A program made the translations under genes and the position numbers. Positions 1 through 12,059 of a stretch of DNA of 64,000 nucleotides are shown here, in pieces; the first letter of the stretch is position 1, and each line of letters starts with the position of its first letter. Location: positions 416,001 to 480,000 of the forward strand of contig CAVVHS010000008.1 of assembly GCA_963748215.1 (NCBI GenBank), read 5' to 3'. The DNA is from an uncultured Gammaproteobacteria bacterium (GTDB lineage: Bacteria > Pseudomonadota > Gammaproteobacteria > UBA9214). A model generated the notes under the pieces. The model worked only from the letters and a program-made list of their open reading frames with translations, had not been told where the DNA came from and searched no databases.

Positions 1-521
1 CCGAGGTCGAACATGCGGTCCGCCTCGTCCAGCACGATGGCCTGGCACATCTTCAGGTTGAAGACGTGCTGCTTGAAATAATCGATCAGACGGCCTGGCG
101 TCCCGATCAGGATGTCCACACCGGCGGCGATGGTATCGCGCTGTTCTTCATAGCCGGTGCCGCCATAGGCCAGCCCCAGCTGCAATCCGGTGTGCCGTCC
201 CAGCACCCTGGCGTCGTCGTAGATCTGGATAGCCAGTTCACGGGTCGGCGCCAGGATCAGGGCGCGCGGCTGGTTCACCTGACGCTGCTCGCTGGCCGGG
301 TTGATCATCAGGTGGTGGAAGACCGCGACCAGGAAGGCGGCCGTCTTGCCGGTGCCGGTCTGCGCCTGGCCGGCGACATCGCGCCCCTGCAGGGCGACCG
401 GCAGGGTCTCGGCCTGGATCGGGGTGCATTTAGTAAATCCTGCATCTTCAATACCTTGCATCAGCTTTTCCGGCAGGGAAAAGCTGCTCCAGGCAATCTC
501 GGTCAAATGTGTTTCGGCCAT
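1..521 (-). CDS. rhlB: ATP-dependent DEAD-box RNA helicase RhlB (5' part; runs off the window edge)
   Basis: Manual translation from ATG at 521: MAETHLTE...[10 protein letters not shown]...AQTGTGKT (Walker A)...LAPTRELA...GTPGRLID...[11 protein letters not shown]; divergent from trxA-rho as in the conserved locus. Not in the ORF track because it is truncated. Confidence 0.93.
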   Translation of the reverse strand, partial: MAETHLTEIAWSSFSLPEKLMQGIEDAGFTKCTPIQAETLPVALQGRDVAGQAQTGTGKTAAFLVAVFHHLMINPASEQRQVNQPRALILAPTRELAIQIYDDARVLGRHTGLQLGLAYGGTGYEEQRDTIAAGVDILIGTPGRLIDYFKQHVFNLKMCQAIVLDEADRMFDL

Positions 522-997
522 GGTCAGGGTCGCAGCGGCGTGCACGGGCACAGAAAAGTCATCGAATTTCGTATTGTATTTCAAATGCTTGTTTATATGC
601 CAATGATTGTTGAAAAACGCGACCCGCGCGACAGGTTCGCCACCCGCCGCGACCGTGCCGGCCCCGTCGCCCGAGGCCACACTCGGCTGCACGGATGGCG
701 CCGCGCAACGGGCCGGGGATGTGCCTGCGCGGCATGCGCAACATGTCTTTTTGAAGACTGTGACGAACCGGACTTGTAAATCTTGCGGAATTAGGCTGAA
801 ATAGCACGCATCAAGGTGTCATGCCACCCACATGGACTCTGACACATCATTACGACTCCTGCCAAGGTTGCACCTCCCGGAACAGACCTTGACGTGTCAC
901 ACAACGGAATTCCATTTTCACGACCATTGCGGGCCAGGCCCGGACATCTGCACTGCGGCAAGCCGGCAGCCTTTTTCATTCAAGGAGAAATTCAACA

Positions 998-1324
998 GTG
1001 AGTGACCAGATCCTCCAGCTGACTGACGACACATTCGAACAGGACGTCATCAAGTCGTCCGACCCCGTACTCGTGGATTATTGGGCCGAGTGGTGCGGTC
1101 CCTGCAAGATGATCGCGCCTATCCTGGAAGAGATCGCCAGCGAATACAACGGCAGGATCAAGGTCGCCAAACTGAACATAGACGACAATCCGCAAACACC
1201 GCCCAAGTACGGCATCCGCGGCATCCCGACCCTGATGCTGTTCAAGGACGGCAATGTGGAAGCCACCAAGGTCGGTGCCCTGTCGAAATCACAACTGACT
1301 GCATTCATCGACAGTAACATCTGA
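998..1324 (+). CDS. trxA: thioredoxin 1
   Basis: WCGPC active site, 108 aa, upstream of rho. Confidence 0.97.
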   Translation: MSDQILQLTDDTFEQDVIKSSDPVLVDYWAEWCGPCKMIAPILEEIASEYNGRIKVAKLNIDDNPQTPPKYGIRGIPTLMLFKDGNVEATKVGALSKSQLTAFIDSNI

Positions 1325-1497
1325 AAACAAATAAACTAACGTACCGGGGATAACTGAAAATACGGGCCTGTGCCCGTGCGCCGCACAACTGTACACCCGC
1401 TGCTTTATCGGCAAGGCAGTTCAGCTTTCCCTGTTCTTTCTCCGGCCCCCGGGCCAATCCAAACAAATCAAATCATGACACCCAGCAAAGGCCACCT

Positions 1498-2754
1498 ATG
1501 AACCTGTCGGAACTCAAGCTCAAGCCTGCATCTGAACTGTTGGAAATCGCCCAGGAGATGGGTATCCAGGACGTTGCCCGCCAGCGCAAGCAGGACATCA
1601 TCTTCTCCATCCTCAAGTCGCACGCCAAGAAAGGCGAGGATATATTCGGCAACGGGGTACTGGAGATCCTCCAGGACGGTTTCGGATTCCTGCGCTCGGC
1701 GGACAGTTCCTATCTCGCCGGGCCGGACGATATCTACGTCTCTCCCAGCCAGATCCGCCGCTTCAGCCTGCGCACCGGCGACACCGTGGATGGCAAGATC
1801 CGGCCGCCGAAGGACAGCGAACGTTACTTCGCGCTGCTCAAGGTCAGCGAGATCAACTTTGAAAAACCGGAAAACGCCAAGCACAAGGTCGCCTTCGAAA
1901 ACCTGACGCCGCTGCATCCGAACGAGCGCCTGATACTGGAACGTGGCAACGGCAGCACCGAGGACATTACCGCGCGTATCATCGACCTGGTGGCACCGCT
2001 GGGCAAGGGACAGCGCGGCCTGATCGTATCGCCGCCAAAGGCCGGCAAGACCATGCTGCTGCAGAACGTCGCGCAGTCCATCGCCATAAACCACCCGGAA
2101 TGCTACCTGATCGTGCTGCTCATCGACGAACGCCCGGAGGAAGTCACCGAGATGGCGCGTTCGGTGCAGGGCGAAGTGGTTTCCAGCACCTTCGACGAAC
2201 CGGCCAGCCGCCACGTGCAGGTCGCCGAGATGGTGATCGAGAAAGCCAAGCGTCTGGTCGAGCACAAGCGCGACGTGGTGATCCTGCTGGATTCCATCAC
2301 CCGCCTGGGGCGCGCCTACAACACGGTGGTGCCCTCTTCCGGCAAGGTACTGACCGGCGGCGTCGACGCCAACGCCCTGCAACGCCCCAAGCGTTTCTTC
2401 GGCGCGGCGCGCAATATCGAGGAAGGCGGCAGCCTGACCATCCTGGCCACGGCGCTGATCGACACCGGCTCGCGCATGGACGACGTCATCTACGAGGAAT
2501 TCAAGGGCACCGGCAACCACGAAATCCACCTGGAGCGCCGTATCGCCGAAAAGCGCGTCTACCCGGCGATCAACCTGAATCGTTCCGGCACGCGCCGCGA
2601 GGAACTGCTCACCGACCCGAAAGAACTGCAGAAGATGTGGATCCTGCGCAAGCTGCTGCACCCGATGGATGAACTGGCCGCCATGGAATTCCTGCTCGAC
2701 AAGCTCAAGGCAACCAAGAACAACAACGAGTTCTTCGAATCGATGAAGCGCTAA
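1498..2754 (+). CDS. rho: transcription termination factor Rho
   Basis: [11 protein letters not shown]-binding motif, PPKAGKT Walker A, 418 aa. Confidence 0.98.
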   Translation: MNLSELKLKPASELLEIAQEMGIQDVARQRKQDIIFSILKSHAKKGEDIFGNGVLEILQDGFGFLRSADSSYLAGPDDIYVSPSQIRRFSLRTGDTVDGKIRPPKDSERYFALLKVSEINFEKPENAKHKVAFENLTPLHPNERLILERGNGSTEDITARIIDLVAPLGKGQRGLIVSPPKAGKTMLLQNVAQSIAINHPECYLIVLLIDERPEEVTEMARSVQGEVVSSTFDEPASRHVQVAEMVIEKAKRLVEHKRDVVILLDSITRLGRAYNTVVPSSGKVLTGGVDANALQRPKRFFGAARNIEEGGSLTILATALIDTGSRMDDVIYEEFKGTGNHEIHLERRIAEKRVYPAINLNRSGTRREELLTDPKELQKMWILRKLLHPMDELAAMEFLLDKLKATKNNNEFFESMKR

Positions 2755-3558
2755 CGTGAGACGTGAGACGTGAAGACGTGAAGCGTGAAGCGTGAAGCGT
2801 GAAGCGTGAAGCGTGAAGCGTGAAAAAAATATAATGGCCACGGAATCCACGGAAGAACACGGAAAAATAACAACAAATAACTTCTTATTCTGTTTGCGGC
2901 ATGCATACCGGTGAAACACCGATTCCGGTAGCTGATTGGTTCGCGGACCGCGTCCGCTCCTACGGGATCTGTTGCAGTACACACGTTCTGCGCCCCTCAT
3001 GGAGCATAAAACGCACCCTGTGCCTGTATTGATTTTATTTTTCCGTGTTCTTCCGTGAATTCCGTGGCCATTTCATCGCGCATGAGATGCGCTCCTACCC
3101 CAATAGACGGTGTAGGGTGCACTCCGTGCACCGTCGCGTTGCGTAAAACGCACCCTACGTCCCGTTATGAATTCATCTTTTTTCCGTGTCCTTCCGTGGA
3201 TTCCGTGGCCATTTCATCGCGCATGGGATGCGCTCCTACACCCAATAGACGGTTTTGTGTAGGGTGCACTCCGTGCACCGTCGCGTTGCGTAAAACGCAC
3301 CCTACGTCCCGTTATGAATTCATCTTTTTTCCGTGTCCTTCCGTGTGGTTCCGTGGCCATTTCATCGCGCATGGGATGCGCTCCTACACCCAATAGACGG
3401 TTTTGTGTAGGGTGCACTCCGTTCACCGTCGCGTTGCGTAAAACGCACCCTACGTCCCGTTATGAATTCATCTTTTTTCCGTGTCCTTCCGTGTGGTTCC
3501 GTGGCCATTTATCTTTTCACATCTCACGTTTCACGTCTCACGTCTCACGTCCCACGTC
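2755..3558. repeat. mosaic REP/CACGG/heptamer repeat cluster with 147-148 bp tandem units
   Basis: (CGTGARR)n starts immediately after the rho TAA; GCCACGGAATCCACGGAAGAACACGG module; GTAGGGTGCAC..GTGCACC / GCGTAAAACGCACCCTAC hairpins repeated three times; inverted heptamer array at the right end. Confidence 0.9.
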
Positions 3559-4659
3559 TCACCCGTCGTTGCCCAGGTTGCGCAGGCGATTGATGCGCAG
3601 TTCAAGCGGCGGATGGGTGGCATACAGGCGATTGGTCTTTTCCCGGAAGTTACGGAACGGGTTCACGATGAACATGTGCTGCGTGGCACGGTTCGCGCCG
3701 CGGAACGGCTGTGCACTGCTCGCCAGCTTCCCGAGCGCGGATATCAGCCCTTCGGGGTGCCGGGTCAGGCGCACACTGGTCGCATCGGCCAGGAATTCAC
3801 GCTGCCGTGACACGGCCATCTGCACCAGCAGTGCGAACACCGGTGCGAGCGCGGCGAAGGCCACCAGCGCCAGCATCACGAACGCGGCATTGGCGCCACC
3901 CTTTCCGGAACTGCGCGAACGGTCGGAGAAGTACAGCGCACGCAGTGCCGCATCGCTGACCAGCGCGACCAGGCCGACTATGACGCCAACGGCCGTGGCA
4001 TAACGGATATCCCAGTTCACGATGTGGCCCATCTCGTGACCGACAACCCCCTGCAGTTCCTCGCGATTCAGTGTATCCAGCAGGCCTTGCGTGACGCCGA
4101 TGGCAGAACGTGCCGGTGACATGCCGGTGGCAAAGGCATTCAGAGCCGGCGTATCGATGACGAACACACGCGGCTTGACGATGCCGGCCGCGATCGCCAT
4201 CTCCTCGACCACATTGTGCAGTACGGGAGCCTCGTCGACCGTGACTTCGCTGGCGCCGGTCAGGCGCAGGATTATCCGGTCCCCGACGTGGAACGCGATC
4301 CACGACCAGAGCGCACCGATTGCGAACAGCACCAGTGAACACCACACACCCCAGCGGCTCACGAACCAGACGTTCCCGACACCTTCGGGCAGGCCGTGCA
4401 TGGCGAGCTGCAGGCTCCAGCCCAGCAGGTAGCCCAGCACGCCGAGTATCAGCAACAGCGCTCCCAGCAGCCGCAGGGTCGCGCGCTGGTTGGCGCGTGC
4501 CGCGGCGAGAAAATCGGTGCGCCGCAGCACCTTGTTACGCAGCAGCCGGTTTGCCTGCCAGTCGGTGGTGAACGGCACACCGCACTGCGCGCACACCCTC
4601 GCATGGGGACGGTTATGCGCCCCGCATTCAGGACATTGCTTGCTATCGGAGGGCGGCAT
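3559..4659 (-). CDS. HtpX-like M48 zinc metalloprotease with N-terminal zinc ribbon
   Basis: HEMGH (HExxH), NAFATG, SRQREFLADA, THPP; N-terminal CPECG...CAQCG. Confidence 0.88.
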   Translation of the reverse strand: MPPSDSKQCPECGAHNRPHARVCAQCGVPFTTDWQANRLLRNKVLRRTDFLAAARANQRATLRLLGALLLILGVLGYLLGWSLQLAMHGLPEGVGNVWFVSRWGVWCSLVLFAIGALWSWIAFHVGDRIILRLTGASEVTVDEAPVLHNVVEEMAIAAGIVKPRVFVIDTPALNAFATGMSPARSAIGVTQGLLDTLNREELQGVVGHEMGHIVNWDIRYATAVGVIVGLVALVSDAALRALYFSDRSRSSGKGGANAAFVMLALVAFAALAPVFALLVQMAVSRQREFLADATSVRLTRHPEGLISALGKLASSAQPFRGANRATQHMFIVNPFRNFREKTNRLYATHPPLELRINRLRNLGNDG

Positions 4660-4687
4660 CCGGGTCAGTTAATCGTCTGGACAGAGG

Positions 4688-5240
4688 GACGTGAAACGTG
4701 AAAAAACATGATGGCCACGGAATCCACGGAAGAACACGGGAAAATAAAGATGCTTTATCAAAAGCAGCTGGCACATTTTTACAGGGCCGCCGCCCATAGC
4801 AGCCCTGCCGGCAATGAAGTGAACGGATGACAAACTATGGATCGGTCTGTTTTGGATTCGTTCAAAATAATCTTATTCCGAGGGTGTATGAAACGGTTTT
4901 ATTTCCGTGTAATTCCGTGTGTTTCCGTGGCCATTATCATCGCGCATGAGATGCGCTCCTACCCCAATAGACGGTGTAGGGTGCACTTCGTGTACCGTCG
5001 ACGGCGCGTAAAACGCACCCTACGCGCGGTTTTTAATCTTTCCGTGTTCTTCCGTGGATTCCGTGGCCATTATCATCGCGCACGAGATGCGCTCCTACCC
5101 CAATAGACGGTGTAGGGTGCACTTCGTGCACCGTCGACGGCGCGTAAAACGCACCCTACGCCCGGGTTTTTTATCTTTCCATGTTCTTCCGTGTGTTTCC
5201 GTGGCCATTTTTCACTTCACGTCTCACCTTTCACGTTTCA
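4688..5240. repeat. mosaic REP/CACGG/heptamer repeat cluster
   Basis: Same modules as 2755-3558; heptamers in opposite orientation at the two ends. Confidence 0.88.
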
Positions 5241-5306
5241 GCACATCGGGACATGGGAAATGACAACTGATCATTTCCATGGCAATTATTTATTTCCACG
5301 CACCCG

Positions 5307-5864
5307 TCAGCGCAAATTGACCGCCGGTGTCGCCATTTCGGTTTCCGGCACTTCGAAGTAGGTCGCCTGTTTGAAGCCGAACAGGCCGGCCACGATGTTG
5401 GACGGGAATGACTCGACGCCGTTGTTGAGCGCCATCACGCTGTCGTTATAGAACTGGCGCGAGAAGGAAATCTTGTTCTCGGTGGCACTCAACTCCTCCA
5501 TCAGTCGCGAAACGTTCTCGTTGGCCTTGAGGTCTGGATAATTCTCCATCAGTGCGAACAGCTTGCCCATCGCGCCGGTCAGGATGCCCTCGGCGGCGAT
5601 CGCCTCTTCCGGCCCGCTGGCACTGACGGCCTGGTTGCGCGCCTGGATGACCATGGTCAGGGTTTCCTGCTCGTAGGACATGTAATCCTTGACCACCTCG
5701 ACCAGGTTCGGGACCAGGTCATGGCGCCGCTTGAGCTGGACGTCGATCTGGCGCCAGGCATTCGCAACCTGGTTCTTCAGGCCAACCAGCTTGTTGTACA
5801 GCGCGACACCCCAGAGCGGGACGGCGACGATAAGCGCAAGTATTACCCAGCCGATGTTTTCCAT
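5307..5864 (-). CDS. lemA: LemA family protein
   Basis: N-terminal TM helix, YNKLV...AWRQIDVQLKRRHDLVPNL, YPDLKAN, FPSNIVA; start taken at the ATG behind an AGGAG RBS. Confidence 0.93.
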   Translation of the reverse strand: MENIGWVILALIVAVPLWGVALYNKLVGLKNQVANAWRQIDVQLKRRHDLVPNLVEVVKDYMSYEQETLTMVIQARNQAVSASGPEEAIAAEGILTGAMGKLFALMENYPDLKANENVSRLMEELSATENKISFSRQFYNDSVMALNNGVESFPSNIVAGLFGFKQATYFEVPETEMATPAVNLR

Positions 5865-6081
5865 CTTTATCTCCTTGTGCAAACCAGCATGCTGAAAGTG
5901 AAACGTTATGTGAGCCGGGCGTCAGATTTACAGGATAGATGCGGATATCACCGACCTTTCATGTCTCACATATTCAGTTGCAGGGCGGTCTCTGTGCACC
6001 GTTGCCGGTGCGTAAAACGCACCCTACATCCTGTCATGTATATATTTCCGTCTGATTCCGTGGCCATTATGTTTTCACGTC

Positions 6082-7365
6082 TCACGTCTCACGCTGAACC
6101 GCACGATAGCCTATGTCGGTACGATAATAAACATCCGGCCAGTGAATGCGACCGACACAGGCATAGGCCTGTTGCTGGGCCGCGGCGATGGTTACCCCCA
6201 GCGCGCAGACGCACAGGACGCGGCCACCGCTGGTTTTCACAGCCGCACCGTCCGCCTCCGTCCCGGCATGAAACACCTTGCATGGCATATCGTCGGCTTC
6301 CGGCAAACCCTTGATGACATCGCCCTTGCGGTAGCTGGCCGGGTAGCCGCCCGCCGCCATCACCACACCGAGCGCGGCACGCGGGTCCCATTCCGCCTCG
6401 ACCGAATCGAGCCGGCCTTCCAGCGCGGCCAGGCACAGCGCCACCAGGTCGGAGCGCAGTCGGCACATGACGGGCTGTGTCTCGGGATCACCGAAGCGCA
6501 CGTTGAATTCCAGCACCTTCGGCACACCGTCCGCGCCGATCATGAGCCCGGCGTAGAGAAAGCCGGTGAAGGCATTGCCCTCCGCCGCCATGCCGCGAAT
6601 GGTCGGCAGCATCACCTGCTGCATGACCTGCTCGTGCATTTCCGGCGTCACCACCGGCGCCGGCGAATAGGCCCCCATGCCGCCGGTATTGGGTCCGCTG
6701 TCACCGTCATCACGCGCCTTGTGATCCTGCGAGGTGGCCAGCGGCAGACAGTGCTCGCCGTCCACCATGGCGATGAAACTGGCCTCCTCGCCGCGCAGGA
6801 ATTCCTCGACGACGACCCGGTGCCCGGCCTCGCCAAACACGTTGCCGGCCAGCATGTCCCGCACGGCCGCGGCGGCCTCCGCCTCGGTCTGCGCCAGGAT
6901 CACGCCCTTGCCGGCGGCCAGGCCGTCGGCCTTGATGACGATCGGAACGCCCTGCGCGCGGATGTATTCGATGGCCGCATCGACCTCGTGAAAGCTGGCG
7001 TAGGCCGCCGTGGGAATCGCATGCCGGCGCAGGAAGTCCTTGGCAAAGGACTTGGAACCCTCCAGCTGCGCGGCCCCGCGCCCGGGCCCGAAACACGGCA
7101 GGCCGGCAGCGCGAAATCGGTCGACGATACCGGCCACCAGCGGCACCTCGGGTCCGACGATGGTGAGCCCGACCGCCTGCGACTGCGCGAAGGCGAGCAG
7201 CGCGTCGCCGTCCAGCGAGTCGATGTCGACGTTCTCGACACCCGGCTCCAGCGCGGTACCGGCATTGCCCGGCGCGACAAACACGGTGTCCGCCAGCGGC
7301 GACTGCGCGGCCTTCCAGGCCAGTGCGTGCTCGCGCCCGCCGTTGCCGATAATGAGAATGTTCAT
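6082..7365 (-). CDS. purD: phosphoribosylamine--glycine ligase
   Basis: GNGGREHAL, KADGLAAGKGV, GPNTGGMGAYSP, EFNVRFGDPE; start MNILIIG. Confidence 0.97.
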   Translation of the reverse strand: MNILIIGNGGREHALAWKAAQSPLADTVFVAPGNAGTALEPGVENVDIDSLDGDALLAFAQSQAVGLTIVGPEVPLVAGIVDRFRAAGLPCFGPGRGAAQLEGSKSFAKDFLRRHAIPTAAYASFHEVDAAIEYIRAQGVPIVIKADGLAAGKGVILAQTEAEAAAAVRDMLAGNVFGEAGHRVVVEEFLRGEEASFIAMVDGEHCLPLATSQDHKARDDGDSGPNTGGMGAYSPAPVVTPEMHEQVMQQVMLPTIRGMAAEGNAFTGFLYAGLMIGADGVPKVLEFNVRFGDPETQPVMCRLRSDLVALCLAALEGRLDSVEAEWDPRAALGVVMAAGGYPASYRKGDVIKGLPEADDMPCKVFHAGTEADGAAVKTSGGRVLCVCALGVTIAAAQQQAYACVGRIHWPDVYYRTDIGYRAVQRET

Positions 7366-7379
7366 GATTGTTTGCTTTC

Positions 7380-8309
7380 CATGATTATGGCCACGAAATC
7401 CACGGAACAACACGGGAAGATAAAGCCTTCCCGATCACGAAGATGGTGAAGTTGCCCGTGTATTCCCTGGAAAATAAATAGCCACAGAATCACACGGAAG
7501 AATACAGATTACAAGGTGCACTCCGTGCACCGTTACCGATGCGTAAAACGCACCCTACATCTTTATTTCACGCTTCATGTCCTGCTCAATCAATACCGGG
7601 AAATACGATCTGCGTTTTTTCCGTGTTGTTCCGTGTGATTCCGCGGCCATTATCATCGCGCATGAGATGCGCTCCTACTCCAAATAGACGGTGTAGGGTG
7701 CACTTCGTGCACCTTTTGCGGTGCGTAAAACGCACCCTACGGATTGCCCTGCAATGATTGTTTATGTTTCCGTGTTCTTCCATGTGATTCCGTGGCCATT
7801 ATCATCGCGCATGAGATGCGCTCCTACTCCAAATAGACGGTGTAGGGTGCACTTCGTGCACCTTTTGCGGTGCGTAAAACGCACCCTACGGATTGCCCTG
7901 CAATGATTGTTTATGTTTCCGTGTTCTTCCATGTGATTCCGTGGCCATTATCATCGCGCATGAGATGCGCTCCTACTCCAAATAGACGGTGTAGGGTGCA
8001 CTTCGTGCACCTTTTGCGGGGCGTAAAACGCACCCTATGGCTTGCCCTGCAATGACTGTTTATTTTTCCGTGTTCTTCCGTGTGCTTCCGTGGCCATTAT
8101 TCTTCGTTCACGTCTCACGTCTCACGTCTCACGTCTCACGTCTCAGACGGTGTAGGGTGCACTTCGTGCACCTTTTGCGGTGCGTAAAACGCACCCTACA
8201 TCTTCATTTCACGCTTCATGTCCTGCTCAATCAATACCGGGAAATACGATCTGCATTTTTCCGTGTTCTTCCGTGGTCATTATTCTTTTCACGTCTCACG
8301 CCTCACGTC
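7380..8309. repeat. mosaic repeat cluster with 149 bp tandem units
   Basis: Near-identical units offset by 149 nt (duplicate ORFs at 7721 and 7870); (TCACGTC)n arrays. Confidence 0.9.
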
Positions 8310-9872
8310 TCAGTGCCGGAAATGCCGCATGCCGGTGAATACCATCGCGATACCGTGCTCGTCGGCGGCGGCGATGACCTCGTCGTCGCGCATCGAACCG
8401 CCGGGCTGGATCACTGCCACGATGCCTGCCTTGGCGGCCTGGTCGATACCGTCGCGGAACGGGAAGAAGGCATCCGAGGCCATCACCGAGCCCTTGATCT
8501 CGAGACCCTCGTCCGCCGCCTTGAGCGCGGCCACCCTGGCGCTGTAGACGCGGCTCATCTGGCCGGCGCCGACACCGATGGTCATGCCGTTCCTGCAGTA
8601 GACGATGGCATTGGACTTGACGAACTTGGCGACGCGCCAGGCGAACAGCAGATCCTGCACTTCCTGTGCAGTCGGCCCGCGACTGGTCACCACCTTGAGA
8701 TCGTCCGCGCCGATCCGGCCCAGGTCGCGATCCTGCACCAGCAGGCCGCCATTGACACGCTTGAAGTCGAGCATGGGCAGGGGCTTGTCGGCCCAGGTGC
8801 CGCACTCCAGTACACGCACGTTCTTTTTTTCGGCCAGCACCGGCAACGCATCCGGGGCGACGGCCGGCGCAATGATCACCTCGACGAACTGGCGCTCGAT
8901 GATCGCGGCGGCAGTGGCCGCATCCAGCGCGCGGTTGAAGGCGATGATGCCGCCGAACGCCGAGGTCGGATCGGTCCTGAAGGCACGGTCGTAGGCCTCG
9001 AGCGGGCTGGCGCCCAGCGCCACGCCGCAGGGATTGGCGTGCTTGACGATGACACAGGCCGCCCCCTCGGTGAATGATTTCACGCATTCCAGCGCGGCAT
9101 CCGTGTCCGCCACGTTGTTGTAGGACAATTCCTTGCCCTGCAGCTGGTGAGCGGTGGCGACCGAGGCCTCGCACGGCTCGTGCTCGACATAGAACGCGGC
9201 ACGCTGGTGCGGGTTCTCGCCATAACGCATGGTCTGCGCCTTCCGGTACTGCAGGTTCAGGGTGTGCGGGAACTCCGAGCGCTCGCCCGCGGCATCGACC
9301 GCACCGAGATAATTGGCAATCGCGCCGTCGTAGCGCGCCGTGTGCTCGAAGGTCTTCACGGCCAGCCGGTAGCGTGTGGCGGTGGACACGACATTGCCGT
9401 TGGCGCGCATTTCCTCGAGCACCAGCGAAAAGTCCGCATTGTCGACCAGCACGGTGACCGCGGCGTGGTTCTTGGCCGCGGCGCGCAGCAGTGTCGGCCC
9501 GCCGATGTCGATGTTCTCGATCGCCATGGGCAGACCGCAGTCGGGACGCGCCACGGTCTGCTCGAACGGGTAGAGGTTCACCACCACCAGGTCGATGGGC
9601 AGGATGCCGTTGGCCGCCATCACCGCCTCGTCGGTGCCGCGGCGCCCGAGTATGCCGCCGTGAATCCGGGGATGCAGGGTCTTGACACGGCCGTCCATCA
9701 TCTCCGGAAAACCGGTGAAATCGGACACCTCGACGACGGCAACGCCTGCCTCGGCCAGCAGCCGGGCGGTGCCGCCGGTGGAGAGGATCTCCACGCCGAG
9801 GGCATGCAGCTCGCGTGCGAAGTCGACCACCCCGCTCTTGTCGGATACGCTGATAATTGCGCGCGTGATCAT
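8310..9872 (-). CDS. purH: bifunctional AICAR formyltransferase/IMP cyclohydrolase
   Basis: [31 protein letters not shown]-terminal GMRHFRH. Confidence 0.98.
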   Translation of the reverse strand: MITRAIISVSDKSGVVDFARELHALGVEILSTGGTARLLAEAGVAVVEVSDFTGFPEMMDGRVKTLHPRIHGGILGRRGTDEAVMAANGILPIDLVVVNLYPFEQTVARPDCGLPMAIENIDIGGPTLLRAAAKNHAAVTVLVDNADFSLVLEEMRANGNVVSTATRYRLAVKTFEHTARYDGAIANYLGAVDAAGERSEFPHTLNLQYRKAQTMRYGENPHQRAAFYVEHEPCEASVATAHQLQGKELSYNNVADTDAALECVKSFTEGAACVIVKHANPCGVALGASPLEAYDRAFRTDPTSAFGGIIAFNRALDAATAAAIIERQFVEVIIAPAVAPDALPVLAEKKNVRVLECGTWADKPLPMLDFKRVNGGLLVQDRDLGRIGADDLKVVTSRGPTAQEVQDLLFAWRVAKFVKSNAIVYCRNGMTIGVGAGQMSRVYSARVAALKAADEGLEIKGSVMASDAFFPFRDGIDQAAKAGIVAVIQPGGSMRDDEVIAAADEHGIAMVFTGMRHFRH

Positions 9873-10138
9873 AACGTACAGTGTTCCAGGTTGTATTGCT
9901 TGAGTTTCTTGCGCAGCGTGCCGCGGCTGATACCGAGCATCTCCGCGGCCTGGCTCTGGTTGCCGTCCACGTGATGCATGACGACGTTGAGCAGGGCGGG
10001 TTCCACCTCGTTGAGCACCGTATGATACAGGTCGCTCACCTTGTGGCCGTTCAGGTCACCCAGGTAGAGCTGGATGGCCGATGTCACGCTGCGGCGGATC
10101 GGCTGCTTGCGGCGCTCACGCCGTGTCTGCACCATCAC
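9869..10138 (-). CDS. fis: Fis family DNA-binding protein
   Basis: [27 protein letters not shown]; position between dusB and purH. Confidence 0.92.
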   Translation of the reverse strand: MMVQTRRERRKQPIRRSVTSAIQLYLGDLNGHKVSDLYHTVLNEVEPALLNVVMHHVDGNQSQAAEMLGISRGTLRKKLKQYNLEHCTL

Positions 10139-11121
10139 GCCGCCAGTTCCTGACGCTCGGCGAGCCGGGCAAAGAAATCGCGTACGAACTGCAGTTGCGC
10201 AGCCGCGCTTTCCAGCCTGTTGACCTGCTCGCGGAAGGTGGTGCCGTCACGCTGACCCTTGCTGTACCAGGCGATATGCTTGCGCGCCACGCGCACACCG
10301 GTGTATTCGCCGTAGAAGGCATACAGGTTTTCGAGATGCCCGGTGAGAATATGGCAGATTTCCGCCGGCCCGGGTTCCGGTAGGCGTCGGCCGGTCTGCA
10401 TGAAATGGCTGATTTCGCGAAATATCCAGGGCCGGCCCTGTGCCGCGCGGCCGATCATGACGGCGTCGGCACCGGTGTCGCGCAACACCTCGACCGCCTG
10501 TTCCGGCGTGGTGATATCGCCATTGGCGATGACCGGGATGGTGATCGCGGCCTTGATCGCGCGCACCGTGTCGTGCTCGGCCGCGCCACGATAGCCGCAG
10601 GCGCGGGTGCGGCCATGCACCGCGAGTGCCTGGATACCGGCCTGCTCGGCGATGTGCGCGACACGCAGGCCGTTTTTGTGCCCGGGGTCCCAGCCGGTGC
10701 GAATCTTCAGTGTGACCGGCACATCGACGGCCTGCACCACGGCGTCGAGGATACGACCTACCAGCGACTCGTCCTGCAGCAGGGCCGAACCGGCCATGAC
10801 GTTGCAGACCTTCTTGGCCGGACATCCCATGTTGATATCGATGATCTGTGCCCCGTGATCCACATTGAAACGCGCTGCGTCTGCCATCCTGTCAGGATCG
10901 GCACCGGCGATCTGCACCGACACCGGCGCCGGTTCCCCGCAGTGATCGATGCGGCGCCGCGTCTTGGCGCTGCCCCACAGCAGCGCATTCGACGACACCA
11001 TTTCCGAAACGGCCATGCCGGCGCCCAGTTCGCGGCACAGCTGACGAAATGGCCGATCGGTCACACCGGCCATCGGGGCCAGTACGAGATTGTTGGGTAA
11101 TGTAAAGCGTCCTATGTTCAC
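10135..11121 (-). CDS. dusB: tRNA-dihydrouridine synthase B
   Basis: LAPMAGVTD, DINMGCPAKKV, HGRTR, upstream of fis. Confidence 0.96.
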   Translation of the reverse strand: MNIGRFTLPNNLVLAPMAGVTDRPFRQLCRELGAGMAVSEMVSSNALLWGSAKTRRRIDHCGEPAPVSVQIAGADPDRMADAARFNVDHGAQIIDINMGCPAKKVCNVMAGSALLQDESLVGRILDAVVQAVDVPVTLKIRTGWDPGHKNGLRVAHIAEQAGIQALAVHGRTRACGYRGAAEHDTVRAIKAAITIPVIANGDITTPEQAVEVLRDTGADAVMIGRAAQGRPWIFREISHFMQTGRRLPEPGPAEICHILTGHLENLYAFYGEYTGVRVARKHIAWYSKGQRDGTTFREQVNRLESAAAQLQFVRDFFARLAERQELAA

Positions 11122-11235
11122 CGGTGTTATGACGTATGAAGAGTCTGTTTTAATCCCGGATTGGAGGACGGCAGATAATACCCGCTTGGGCGGAGATGTA
11201 AAAGTGGAATAAAAAAGTCCGTAAAATTACAGGTT

Positions 11236-12015
11236 TCAGAGAAAGCCGAACTGGAAGGAGACCGCCTTGTCACCCGGGTCCTGCACTTCCAGCACGACCT
11301 GCACCGGCGTGTGCGCCGGTAATCCGGCTTTGGAATCGCGGTTCGTGGTCAGATATTCCGACGGCAGGAAACGCCGCATCGCCACGGGGTTGCCGGCCAT
11401 GTCGGTGAAACTCACTTCGAATACCGGGAAGGGCTGGGCGAAGTCGGCGCGGTTCTCGAATGCCGCGTTGATCAGCAGGGCGCTGTCTGCGTCCGGATGC
11501 TGACGGACGTCGCGCTCGATGATGGACAGCTGCGACAGGTCGACGCGCAGGGGCAGATCACAGCGCAGCACGGTGCAGAATTGCTCGAGCGCCGGGCGCC
11601 AGCCGGGATCGGCGGCAAGTTCGGCGCGGTTGAAGTAGGTCCATTGCATACCGAACAGCACCAGCAGCACGCCGATTGCCGAAATACTGAAAAAGTCGCG
11701 CCCCTGCAGGGACTGTTGCTGCCAGCTGGCGCCCGTCAGCACGGGCGGAATAGCGGAGGAGGGCTCTGCCTCCTCCTCGCCCTCCTCCGCGCTTTCCTCG
11801 ACATCGATGCCCCCCATGCGCGCGGCCTGGCTGTGCGTGGCCAGACTGCCGGCCGCGTCCACCGCCTCGCGCACCGCGGTCAGGTCCTCGTAGAGGTAAT
11901 CGACTGCATTGTACAGCTGCCGGCATTCACCGCAGCGCACCCTGCCCGCCGCCTTGCTGAGCTGGGCTGCGGCCACCTGGAACACGACCGAGCAGTTCGG
12001 GCAGTAGGTATACAT
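11236..12015 (-). CDS. zinc-ribbon and DUF3426 domain membrane protein
   Basis: CPNC...GRVRCGEC N-terminus, one TM helix, C-terminal NRADFAQPFP..F.P.EYL; usual prmA-dusB neighbour. Confidence 0.85.
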   Translation of the reverse strand: MYTYCPNCSVVFQVAAAQLSKAAGRVRCGECRQLYNAVDYLYEDLTAVREAVDAAGSLATHSQAARMGGIDVEESAEEGEEEAEPSSAIPPVLTGASWQQQSLQGRDFFSISAIGVLLVLFGMQWTYFNRAELAADPGWRPALEQFCTVLRCDLPLRVDLSQLSIIERDVRQHPDADSALLINAAFENRADFAQPFPVFEVSFTDMAGNPVAMRRFLPSEYLTTNRDSKAGLPAHTPVQVVLEVQDPGDKAVSFQFGFL

Positions 12016-12059
12016 GGAGGGAGTGTACCTCAATCAACGTGCAAGTTTGAATGACCCGG

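Noticed and set aside
1468-3000. Long antisense ORFs (also 6142-7449, 15559-16755, 48127-49779, 58522-59715)
   Set aside because: Shadow frames opposite well-supported genes, as expected in high-GC DNA.
3055-3426. Many short ORFs containing RKTHPT, FFRVLPWIPWP or HGIHGRTRK throughout the intergenic regions
   Set aside because: They are translations of the repeat modules in various frames, with no consistent start, RBS or length.
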